Source: a virus. Taken from it: DNA of 64,000 bases. The translations under genes and the position numbers were made by a program. Numbering within the stretch: the stretch's first letter is position 1; each line of letters begins with the position of its first letter. Shown here piece after piece: positions 8,754 to 16,821 of this stretch. The notes beneath the pieces are model-generated. The model had not been told where the DNA came from. It saw only the letters and a program-made list of their open reading frames with translations, and made no database searches. The stretch lies in the IMG/VR virus record IMGVR_UViG_3300008267_007212. One strand, given 5' to 3'.

Positions 8754-9630
8754 AGATATCAGATGGTTACACGTAGAAGCTAGTAGTAAGTGCAATGCAT
8801 GGTGTCCATCTTGTCCGAGAAATGTTAGCGGACACGGATTGTATCCGAATCTAACAGAACAAGATTTAGATTTATCAGTATTAAAAAAAACTGTAGAAGC
8901 GTTGCCTAACTTATATGCAGTACAGTTTTGCGGAAATCATGGAGATCCGTGTGCTGCTAAATCATTCTTAGATATGATCGATATAGTTAAATTGCATGTT
9001 AAAAAAATTCAAATACATACCAACGGTAGTATTAGAAATCAGCAATGGTGGGAAAAGTTAGCGCATAAGCTAGCCGATATCGAACATGATGTATGGTTTG
9101 GCATAGACGGATTAGCGGGTACACACGAATTATATAGGCAAGGGACTAGCTGGAATAAGATCATCGAAAATGCTACAACATTTATCGATAATGGAGGTTT
9201 CGCTACATGGCAGTTTATAACATTTAAACACAACGAGCACCAAATAAAAGATTGCTTAAAGTTAAGTCAAAAATTAAAATTCAAAAAATTTAAATTAATA
9301 AAATCATTTAGACGAACAGAAGAAGCAAAAGATTATGTTTCAGGAAAATCATATATAACACTGGAGCCTTCCTCAGTGCTTATAAAATCAATTAAAAATC
9401 TTACTAAGAGCTCGTCGGTCAGGAAAGAAAATTGTATGCATATGAGTCAACCTAGTATATATTTAGATTCTATGGGATCCTATAGTTATTGTTGCTATTA
9501 TACTTCAAATTGGGCATCGAACAAAATAAAATTTGACTCTTTGAAAGATATTTTTTATAATACAGTAGATATAACAAGCAGTCAATGCGTTAACTCATGC
9601 GGATCATCATATGAAACTCAAAGTCAGTGA
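8743..9630 (+). CDS. radical SAM protein with C-terminal twitch-like cysteines
   Basis: CNAWCPSC, GNHGDP, HTNGS, C-terminal C...YCC...CVNSC. Confidence 0.85.
   Translation: MLAEDIRWLHVEASSKCNAWCPSCPRNVSGHGLYPNLTEQDLDLSVLKKTVEALPNLYAVQFCGNHGDPCAAKSFLDMIDIVKLHVKKIQIHTNGSIRNQQWWEKLAHKLADIEHDVWFGIDGLAGTHELYRQGTSWNKIIENATTFIDNGGFATWQFITFKHNEHQIKDCLKLSQKLKFKKFKLIKSFRRTEEAKDYVSGKSYITLEPSSVLIKSIKNLTKSSSVRKENCMHMSQPSIYLDSMGSYSYCCYYTSNWASNKIKFDSLKDIFYNTVDITSSQCVNSCGSSYETQSQ
9533..9561 (+). promoter_or_regulatory. sigma70-type promoter for queE, inside the upstream radical SAM gene
   Basis: TTGACT-17-TATAAT. Confidence 0.6.
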
Positions 9631-10498
9631 ACTTTTCTATTCAGCACAAGGCGAAGGACGTTTTGTCGGAGTCCCCAGTGTATTCCTTCGAACCTTCGGG
9701 TGCAATTTTACTTGCAGTGGGTTTGGGTGTGCTCCGGGAGTTAAAAGCACTGAAGCAGATGATGTTGCAAAAAATGTTCATTTATACAAAGATTTTAACA
9801 GTCTCCCGCTAGTCAATACTGGGTGTGACAGTTATGCAAGTTGGCATCCAGCTTTTAAAGAACTAAGCCCAACCATTGACACTAATCAACTAGTAGACAG
9901 TATGTTAAAACTTACACCCAATAACAAATGGATTCAAGATAACGGGAACGATGTACATCTTGTTATCACCGGAGGAGAACCTTTATTGGGATGGCAACGT
10001 GCCTACGAAGAATTATTAAGCAATCCTAATATGTTAGATTTGCAAAATTTAACATTTGAAACAAACGGTACTCAAAAACTACTGCCATCATTTAGACAAT
10101 ATTTACTTAATTGGACATTAAATTCTAAATTAAATTCTAAAGGTGATCGTAGAACTAGTAACAATCTTACGTTTAGTGTCAGTGCTAAGTTAAGTGCCAG
10201 CGGTGAACGATGGGAAGATGCTATTTGCCCTGATATTGTAGCCAGCTATCAAGAATTAGGATATACCTATCTCAAATTTGTTGTGGAAACAGATGAGCAT
10301 TTTGCCGAAGTAGATCGGGCAGTAAAAGAATTTAGAACTGGCGGATTTAAAGGTTCTGTATATGTAATGCCTCAAGGCGGTGTTGTTACTCCTTACGAAA
10401 AAAATCGTGTAAGAGTCGCCGATTGGGCTTGTAGTAAAGGTTACTATTACAGCCCGCGACTGCACGTCGATCTGTGGGGTAATGGGTGGGGCAAATGA
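9611..10498 (+). CDS. queE: 7-carboxy-7-deazaguanine synthase
   Basis: ELFYSAQGEG...FLRTFGCNFTC...GCDS, ITGGEP, ETNGT, PRLHVDLWG. Confidence 0.92.
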   Translation: MKLKVSELFYSAQGEGRFVGVPSVFLRTFGCNFTCSGFGCAPGVKSTEADDVAKNVHLYKDFNSLPLVNTGCDSYASWHPAFKELSPTIDTNQLVDSMLKLTPNNKWIQDNGNDVHLVITGGEPLLGWQRAYEELLSNPNMLDLQNLTFETNGTQKLLPSFRQYLLNWTLNSKLNSKGDRRTSNNLTFSVSAKLSASGERWEDAICPDIVASYQELGYTYLKFVVETDEHFAEVDRAVKEFRTGGFKGSVYVMPQGGVVTPYEKNRVRVADWACSKGYYYSPRLHVDLWGNGWGK

Positions 10499-10731
10499 TG
10501 GGCGTCGGTGCCGGATATGCCGATGAAGTTCAGTCGTACGATCCATTCGACGATCGTGCTGTATTCGAATATCGATACAGTTTAATTCCTAGGCGTTGCT
10601 ATACCACCAATCGCGTAGTGTGGGGACTAGCTATGAGAGCCCTAAGAATTATTGGCGGGCCCGGTGATCCGGTGATCGAAGTTCGATGGTATCATCGCGA
10701 TGAAGCTATTTTAAAAATGTTAAAAGGATAA
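10495..10731 (+). CDS. hypothetical protein
   Basis: ORF with ATGA coupling. Confidence 0.6.
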   Translation: MMGVGAGYADEVQSYDPFDDRAVFEYRYSLIPRRCYTTNRVVWGLAMRALRIIGGPGDPVIEVRWYHRDEAILKMLKG

Positions 10732-10734
10732 CCA

Positions 10735-11166
10735 ATGAGACTATTTAATAAATTATTCAGTAAAGACCAACCTCAAGTCGTAACACCGTCTGCGCCAGAA
10801 AAAAAAGAAACTCCGTCAACACCAAAAGCACCTAAGGCTAAAAAGCCCACGCAAGTCAAGAAAACACCTAAACAAGTTGCCACCGAAAAAGGCGAACCCT
10901 ATGTTAGTATAATCAGTGTAGAACTAGATCCAGAAAACATAGGTAACGGTGCATTTGAATTAGATTGGAATGATTTTTTTGTAGCCAAGCTAGTTCGTTC
11001 TGGTTATAAGGGCAAAGATGATTCTCAGATTGTGGATCAATGGTTCCAGGATGTTTGCCGTAATGTTGTTATGGAAACATTTGAACAATACGAAGCCAAT
11101 AACCCAAGGCCTGCATCCGGGATTCAACGTAAAGACTTAGGCAATGGTCGCAGCGAAATAAGTTAA
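10735..11166 (+). CDS. phage hypothetical protein
   Basis: ORF; K/P-rich linker then GAFELDWND...IVDQWF domain. Confidence 0.75.
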   Translation: MRLFNKLFSKDQPQVVTPSAPEKKETPSTPKAPKAKKPTQVKKTPKQVATEKGEPYVSIISVELDPENIGNGAFELDWNDFFVAKLVRSGYKGKDDSQIVDQWFQDVCRNVVMETFEQYEANNPRPASGIQRKDLGNGRSEIS

Positions 11167-11176
11167 GATCAAATAT

Positions 11177-11899
11177 ATGTTCAATCATTGGAAAAAGAAT
11201 ACTACTCCATATAGTTGGAATCCTAAAAAAATTCAAACAAAATGGTCCGGGACCGATAATGTAGATAGATTTAAACAGAATCCTGATTTTGCTAAATGGC
11301 AAGATATCGACATAACTTACGATTTTAGTAATGAAGGATTTAGAACTTACGATTTTGACTCATTGATGGGCAAAGAAATAGATGTAGCATTGGGATGTAG
11401 TCATACTATGGGAGTTGGGTTACCAATCGATTGGATTTGGCCTAGTCTAGTAGAAAAAAATAGACCATATCCTATGCTTAATTTAGGGCTAGGGGCAGGA
11501 ACATCTGACACTGTTGCTAGAATCTTAACTAACATTACTGGGTTATTTCAAATCAATACCGTATTCATTTTTTGGCCTAATTTCAGAAGGTTTGAAATTT
11601 ATAAAGATGAAAGAGCAGATTTTATAATACCAAACCACAGCGAATTATATCATATATGGAATATGAATCCTGATATTTCATTACAACGTTTTCATAAAAA
11701 CAAATTAATTGTAGAATTATTGCACGACCGTGTCGAGTCTATAGTCGGGCCGGTATATTCCGATGTTAAAAGTGAAGTAAAGAAACAGCTAACAGGCTAC
11801 GATATTTTAGATCATGCTCGTGATGGAATGCATTTTGGTCCTGAAACGCATAAATTAGTAGCAAAATTATTATTAGAGAAGTTGACAAATATCGAATAA
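11177..11899 (+). CDS. SGNH/GDSL-like hydrolase or acyltransferase
   Basis: ALGCSHTMG (block I), NLGLGAG, ARDGMHFG (DxxH). Confidence 0.65.
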   Translation: MFNHWKKNTTPYSWNPKKIQTKWSGTDNVDRFKQNPDFAKWQDIDITYDFSNEGFRTYDFDSLMGKEIDVALGCSHTMGVGLPIDWIWPSLVEKNRPYPMLNLGLGAGTSDTVARILTNITGLFQINTVFIFWPNFRRFEIYKDERADFIIPNHSELYHIWNMNPDISLQRFHKNKLIVELLHDRVESIVGPVYSDVKSEVKKQLTGYDILDHARDGMHFGPETHKLVAKLLLEKLTNIE

Positions 11900-11910
11900 A
11901 CTGCTATTAT
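11882..11910 (+). promoter_or_regulatory. sigma70-type promoter
   Basis: TTGACA-17-TATTAT with extended -10 TG. Confidence 0.7.
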
Positions 11911-11919
11911 TACTGCACT

Positions 11920-12909
11920 ATGCGATATCTAATTGTTGACACAGCCAATACATTCTTCCGTGCAAGACACAGTGCCCATCGCCAAAGCGACACATGGGAT
12001 AAACTAGGTTTTGCTATCCACGTAACCCTTGCCAGCGTAAACAAAGCATGGCGAGATCAAAAAGCGGATCATGTTGTATTCTGTCTCGAAGGCCGCAGCT
12101 GGCGCAAGGATTTCTATGAGCCTTACAAAAAGAACCGAGCAGTTGCACGAGCCGCGCTCACAGAAAAAGAAGCAGAAGAAGATAAATTGTTCTGGGAAGC
12201 TTTTGACGATCTTAAAACGTTCTTATCCGAACGCACCAATTGTACTGTTCTCCAGCACAACAGTCTGGAAGCAGATGACTTGGTGGCAGGATGGATTCAA
12301 GCACACCCTCAGGATCACCACACCATCGTAAGCAGCGACACAGACTTTCATCAGTTACTAGCCGACAATGTTAATCAGTATAATGGCGTAGCAGACGAAC
12401 TACATACACTGCAAGGAATTTTTGACAAAAAGGGCAAGATGGTCATTGATAAAAAGACCAAAGAGCCTAAGAAAATTCCCGATCCCAAATTTATACTATT
12501 CGAAAAATGTATGCGTGGTGATCCCACTGACAATGTGTTCAGTGCGTACCCCGGAGTCCGAACTAAAGGCAGTAAAAATAAAGTAGGTCTCGTTGAAGCT
12601 TATGCTGATATGGATAAAAAAGGATTCAATTGGAATAACATGATGTTGCAATCTTGGACCGACCATAATGGCGTAGAGCATAAAGTTCTCGATGATTATC
12701 AACGCAATCGTACACTAGTAGATTTGTCAGCCCAGCCCGACAATGTTAGAACATGGATCAATGAAACCATTGTTACTAACAGTATTACAAAAAATCGATC
12801 AATGGTGGGCGCTCAGTTTCTTAAATTTTGTGGCAAATATGATCTTGCTAAACTCAGCGAAAACGCTGCCGCTGTTGGCACAATTTTATCTGCAGGGTAT
12901 CCTGAATGA
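11920..12909 (+). CDS. rnh: T4 RNase H-like 5'-3' exonuclease / flap endonuclease
   Basis: LIVD, SWRKDFYEPYKKNR, LEADD, SSDTDF, GDPTDNV. Confidence 0.88.
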   Translation: MRYLIVDTANTFFRARHSAHRQSDTWDKLGFAIHVTLASVNKAWRDQKADHVVFCLEGRSWRKDFYEPYKKNRAVARAALTEKEAEEDKLFWEAFDDLKTFLSERTNCTVLQHNSLEADDLVAGWIQAHPQDHHTIVSSDTDFHQLLADNVNQYNGVADELHTLQGIFDKKGKMVIDKKTKEPKKIPDPKFILFEKCMRGDPTDNVFSAYPGVRTKGSKNKVGLVEAYADMDKKGFNWNNMMLQSWTDHNGVEHKVLDDYQRNRTLVDLSAQPDNVRTWINETIVTNSITKNRSMVGAQFLKFCGKYDLAKLSENAAAVGTILSAGYPE

Positions 12910-13103
12910 CAGAAATTCAAGATTTATTAAATCAAGAAGCAACATTGGCAAATAATGGAAAACAAGACAGTGAAGAACGACAATCGATTCATACTCTGAT
13001 TAGATTGAAACGACCACTGCCGGCGCCAACTTGTTTTGGCGAGGACGATTGTTCGACACATATATTAAGTATGTGCCCATGGCGCATTGACTGTGGAGAT
13101 TAA
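12906..13103 (+). CDS. hypothetical protein with Cys cluster
   Basis: ORF; CFGEDDCS...CPWRIDC. Confidence 0.6.
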   Translation: MTEIQDLLNQEATLANNGKQDSEERQSIHTLIRLKRPLPAPTCFGEDDCSTHILSMCPWRIDCGD

Positions 13104-13112
13104 AGGTAGACT

Positions 13113-13349
13113 ATGAACAAAGAATTAATTAAAAAGTTTCAATTACAAGCAGGCGGCAGTCATTATCCTGGCATCAATCCGGACATGCAATTATCTTTTG
13201 CAAAACAAATTATAGAAGAATGTATTGATGCTGTGCGTAACACAGACACCAGACATGCCTACACTACTTTCGACAAAGGGCTAATAGATGCCACTGTCGA
13301 ACGGTCTATCAAGTCAATTAAAGAAAGATTTGATTACCATGGGTTTTAA
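13113..13349 (+). CDS. hypothetical protein
   Basis: ORF with SD. Confidence 0.7.
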   Translation: MNKELIKKFQLQAGGSHYPGINPDMQLSFAKQIIEECIDAVRNTDTRHAYTTFDKGLIDATVERSIKSIKERFDYHGF

Positions 13350-13575
13350 AATGCATTCGAGTCGATTCAGGACTATTAGATCAAAAGATCCTAATTTTAA
13401 TTTAGTAGACGGAATGCTGGTTATTCCTCGGGCCGGATTTGAAGTTGTCAAAGAATGCCCCAGAGAATACAGACTTATTATTCAAGATTGTTTAGAGCGG
13501 GGATGGCTCAAGCCTGTGGCCACTGTGTATGATCATGAATTAACTTTTGACATGTTAAAGGATATAACTCAATGA
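13339..13575 (+). CDS. hypothetical protein
   Basis: ORF; start moved to ATG 13339. Confidence 0.65.
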   Translation: MGFKMHSSRFRTIRSKDPNFNLVDGMLVIPRAGFEVVKECPREYRLIIQDCLERGWLKPVATVYDHELTFDMLKDITQ

Positions 13576-13964
13576 AACTTATCGACGTAATTACTGCTGC
13601 CGAAGGTCGTGTATCTGGAGGAGACAAGTTTCAATGGAAATGTTGGGGAGACAATGCAAGATTTATGGAGTTTGCAGATATAAATGGATCCGAGTTTTGT
13701 AGTGTAGTATTCGACACTAAGACATATGACGTGTATGACATTGAAATTTTTATCCCGGACACTGATATCTGTTTTAGATGGTTTAATCCTACATTCATCG
13801 ACAGTTACATCAATGAAGCAAAAGCAAGAAACATAGATTATATGTTAGCATGGGACAGTATAAAATTTATCCCAGTGAATGATGCCCAAGTAATCATTGA
13901 ATATATTAAAGATGTCATGTCTTCATTCTACGAAGATCTTGCCATACCAGAAGAAATAGCATGA
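13572..13964 (+). CDS. hypothetical protein
   Basis: ORF, ATGA coupled. Confidence 0.7.
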   Translation: MKLIDVITAAEGRVSGGDKFQWKCWGDNARFMEFADINGSEFCSVVFDTKTYDVYDIEIFIPDTDICFRWFNPTFIDSYINEAKARNIDYMLAWDSIKFIPVNDAQVIIEYIKDVMSSFYEDLAIPEEIA

Positions 13965-14122
13965 ACACATCTTTTAGGCTTTGGTTATCTGAATTATGGA
14001 GAGAAAATTGTGAGGAACACGATCTGTGGAAACAACCCCGCTATTCTCTACAAGAGTACTTTGCTCGCTACAAATGGTGGCTTCGCCGAGAGTATAGATT
14101 TCAACAAAGGAATAACAAATGA
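13961..14122 (+). CDS. 53-aa hypothetical protein absent from the ORF track
   Basis: MNTSFRLWLSELWRENCEEHDLWKQPRYSLQEYFARYKWWLRREYRFQQRNNK*; ATGA-coupled at both ends. Confidence 0.75.
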   Translation: MNTSFRLWLSELWRENCEEHDLWKQPRYSLQEYFARYKWWLRREYRFQQRNNK

Positions 14123-14487
14123 TTGAAACTTTTATTTTTATTCTTGTTTTGTTACAAATCAAACACTGGTACATAGACTTTGTAAATCAAAATGAAGAAG
14201 AAGTAAAACATAAAGGTATATATTTTGACTGGTTAGGTATCAAACACAGCCTTAAGCATGGCATTGGAACGTTGGCTTGTTTATGGACCGTAACTGGATG
14301 GGCCAATATAGAGTTTGCATTTTTTATCGGCGTGATAGATTTTATCTTGCATTATCACATCGACTGGGCTAAGATGAACTATGGTAATCGAGATATTACC
14401 ACTCCTCAGTTTTGGAATCATCTAGGACTAGATCAAATGGCACATCAATTGTGCTACATTGCATTTGCAGGACTTACAGTATTATGA
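14119..14487 (+). CDS. DUF3307-like membrane protein
   Basis: KHWYIDF, HSLKH, HYHIDWAK, GLDQMAH. Confidence 0.75.
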   Translation: MIETFIFILVLLQIKHWYIDFVNQNEEEVKHKGIYFDWLGIKHSLKHGIGTLACLWTVTGWANIEFAFFIGVIDFILHYHIDWAKMNYGNRDITTPQFWNHLGLDQMAHQLCYIAFAGLTVL

Positions 14488-14954
14488 TTGAATTAATTGC
14501 ACGACCAGTTGTTAAAAACAAATATTGGATTGTTGAGTCTGACGGAAACAAAGTGGGAACTATTCAGGCCGTGGAAAAAGGCGGATTTGTTTATGTTCAC
14601 GAACAGTCTAGAGTTCAATATGCCAGTATCAAACTACTAAGTAAAGCACACAATGTGGTCTTCGACAGTACTGTAAAAAAAGAAAAACTTACACCAGAGT
14701 ATCATGAAGTATACGGTTACCCTGTAAGTAATAAACCATGGAATTTACTGTGGGACGTTAAGCACCAGTTTCCCATTTATACAAAAACTAACAAAAGTAA
14801 AAGTTATTATTGCGCTGGTTATTATATTATTAAATTTAATAATGGATGGGTTAAAAGTTATTGCCCAAAATTTATCACATTAAACCGATACGATTTCCAA
14901 GGTCCGTTTAAAACTAAAACAGACATGCAGGACGCACTAAAGGCGGTAAAATAA
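14484..14954 (+). CDS. phage hypothetical protein
   Basis: ORF; start moved to ATG 14484. Confidence 0.75.
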   Translation: MIELIARPVVKNKYWIVESDGNKVGTIQAVEKGGFVYVHEQSRVQYASIKLLSKAHNVVFDSTVKKEKLTPEYHEVYGYPVSNKPWNLLWDVKHQFPIYTKTNKSKSYYCAGYYIIKFNNGWVKSYCPKFITLNRYDFQGPFKTKTDMQDALKAVK

Positions 14955-15184
14955 TGAATGAAGCTAATCTAAGTCTGCATTTAAAAAATTTCAACGACAA
15001 AGTTAAACTAATGAATCAGACCGGTGGAAGAAATCTTATGCTAACTGCTAACGAAGCAAGAAGTCTTCATAATGATTTGTTTGATTTGCTAAATCATTGT
15101 TCTACATTAAGCAAACAACTTGCAGCAGCGAAATCGGGGGACTCGGTAATCAGTATTGCAGTAGATGGTGGGGGATTTAAATAA
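14954..15184 (+). CDS. hypothetical protein
   Basis: ORF, TAATG coupling. Confidence 0.7.
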   Translation: MNEANLSLHLKNFNDKVKLMNQTGGRNLMLTANEARSLHNDLFDLLNHCSTLSKQLAAAKSGDSVISIAVDGGGFK

Positions 15185-15200
15185 TCTACGTACATTAAGA

Positions 15201-15208
15201 GATAAATA
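15201..15208 (+). promoter_or_regulatory. T4-like late promoter motif GATAAATA
   Basis: Intergenic, before ATG 15227. Confidence 0.45.
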
Positions 15209-15226
15209 TTATTAGTTGATAAATCT

Positions 15227-15514
15227 ATGAGCAGACCTAAACCAAATGTATTAATCGAACATGTAAATAAATCTACCTATAAGAGTGAGCAAATTCTCAG
15301 TAGTGAAGGTATCTGGGCAGTGTTTTATGATAATCAACCAATCAATTTGAAAAGCGGTAACATGCTAGTCAATTATCCAGGCCCTAAATATAAAAAGACT
15401 TCGTTCTCAAATAAAGGGCATGCCATTAATCTTTGCAAAAAACTAAACATTTTGTTCAAAACAGATTTATTTTCTGTAGTTTTAATGAAAAGTGGTAACA
15501 AAATCTACCCCTAA
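15227..15514 (+). CDS. phage hypothetical protein
   Basis: ORF MSRPKP...YPGPKYKKTSFSN. Confidence 0.75.
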   Translation: MSRPKPNVLIEHVNKSTYKSEQILSSEGIWAVFYDNQPINLKSGNMLVNYPGPKYKKTSFSNKGHAINLCKKLNILFKTDLFSVVLMKSGNKIYP

Positions 15515-15866
15515 ACGGTTTACGCAAACTCAATTAACTCAGATGTTTGCTGAAATGTCAAAGCAACATCCCAGTAAGTTAAATTACATTATTTGGAATA
15601 ATCCCAAAGACCCCAGCAGTCTAAGATTAAGCCTTGCTGGATTTAAATTTCTCTCCGCAGATCTCAAATTAAAATCTTATAAATTTGAATTTGATCAACC
15701 TTTGGCCAATAAACATTTACTTCAACTTGAGCGATTCTTTCAAGGTATGTATTATCTTATCGGTGCCCATAAAATTGTAGTTTTTGACGAGCAAGAAGCT
15801 GCCATGTTAAGCCTTATGGACGGCGATCTCAAAAAATATCTAGCTAATCTAGAAAATAATACTTAA
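15492..15866 (+). CDS. hypothetical protein
   Basis: ORF. Confidence 0.7.
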   Translation: MVTKSTPKRFTQTQLTQMFAEMSKQHPSKLNYIIWNNPKDPSSLRLSLAGFKFLSADLKLKSYKFEFDQPLANKHLLQLERFFQGMYYLIGAHKIVVFDEQEAAMLSLMDGDLKKYLANLENNT

Positions 15867-15900
15867 TTAGTACTACAATTGTTGTAAAAATACAACAACA

Positions 15901-15937
15901 TTTTTGGTTGCTCGAAATTCCCAATTTTGCTATAATA
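15901..15937 (+). repeat. 37-bp direct repeat, copy 1, carrying a sigma70 promoter
   Basis: tttttggTTGCTCgaaattcccaattttgcTATAATa, identical at 16263-16299. Confidence 0.9.
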
Positions 15938-15975
15938 TTGATATTGTAGTTAACAAGGAGTTCAAATTGAACCAA

Positions 15976-16251
15976 ATGACCCAGATTCAGCAAGTTAATC
16001 AAGCTATCATGTTCGGTAATTTTACCGACACTGAACTGTCCAGCATCCTCAGTGCCGTGCAATTTGCCAAGTCCCAACTTCGTAAAGATAAAATCCGTTC
16101 TATCAAGTTGGGCGATAATGTTCGTTTTACTAGTACTAAACGCGGTATGACTATTACTGGCACCGTAGACAAGATTGCCATTAAATTTGTAACGGTTCGT
16201 AGTCCGCAGGGCCTGTGGAAAGTACCTGCTAACATGCTGGAAGTTGTATAA
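15976..16251 (+). CDS. small hypothetical protein (SH3/KOW-like beta barrel)
   Basis: SD AAGGAG upstream; IKLGDNVRF...GTVDKI..K.V.V..WKVP. Confidence 0.7.
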   Translation: MTQIQQVNQAIMFGNFTDTELSSILSAVQFAKSQLRKDKIRSIKLGDNVRFTSTKRGMTITGTVDKIAIKFVTVRSPQGLWKVPANMLEVV

Positions 16252-16262
16252 AAACAACACAT

Positions 16263-16299
16263 TTTTTGGTTGCTCGAAATTCCCAATTTTGCTATAATA
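16263..16299 (+). repeat. 37-bp direct repeat, copy 2, carrying a sigma70 promoter
   Basis: Identical to 15901-15937; TTGCTC-17-TATAAT. Confidence 0.9.
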
Positions 16300-16331
16300 A
16301 TGGCATACAGTAACAAAACGGAGTAAACGAA

Positions 16332-16757
16332 ATGGCTTATGTCTCTCAAGAACGTAAACAATCCCTGGCCCCTGCTATCAAGGCTGTCTTGAAAAAGTAC
16401 GGCGTCAAAGGTTCTTTGTCGATTCGGACTCATTCGTCTTTGGTTCTGACTATCAAGTCGGGAAAGATTGATTTTGTTGAAAATTTTATCGAGACTGACA
16501 GCAAAGTCCTGCATGGTCGCAAAATGTCTCAAGACCAAATTGATCACATCCGTAAGAATCAATCCGTGGATGTCAATCCTTATTGGTATCATGAACACTT
16601 TTCAGGCAAGGCCAAAGACTTCTTGAAAGAAGTGCTGGCTGCTATGAACAAAGGCAATCACAACAATTCAGACGCCATGACTGACTACTTCGATGTGGGC
16701 TGGTACGTGGACGTGAACATTGGTCGTTGGAACCAACCCTATGTCTATGTTGCATAA
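16332..16757 (+). CDS. hypothetical protein, LPD29-like
   Basis: SD GGAG; NSDAMTDYFDVGWY motif. Confidence 0.65.
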   Translation: MAYVSQERKQSLAPAIKAVLKKYGVKGSLSIRTHSSLVLTIKSGKIDFVENFIETDSKVLHGRKMSQDQIDHIRKNQSVDVNPYWYHEHFSGKAKDFLKEVLAAMNKGNHNNSDAMTDYFDVGWYVDVNIGRWNQPYVYVA

Positions 16758-16763
16758 TAACAA

Positions 16764-16792
16764 CAGACAATAATTCAAGTTTCAGATATAAT
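16764..16792 (+). promoter_or_regulatory. sigma70-type promoter
   Basis: CAGACA-17-TATAAT upstream of the AAA+ gene. Confidence 0.55.
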
Positions 16793-16821
16793 ATACTTTT
16801 ACATCACAAAGGAGTTTTTAA

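Noticed and set aside
10118-10141. 12-bp tandem duplication TTAAATTCTAAA x2 (LNSKLNSK) in queE
   Set aside because: Only two copies, in frame, in a probable loop; likely a neutral slippage event
15881-16764. Repeats as a possible CRISPR array or att sites
   Set aside because: Copies are separated by whole genes of 300-450 bp and coincide with promoters; no cas or integrase gene in the window
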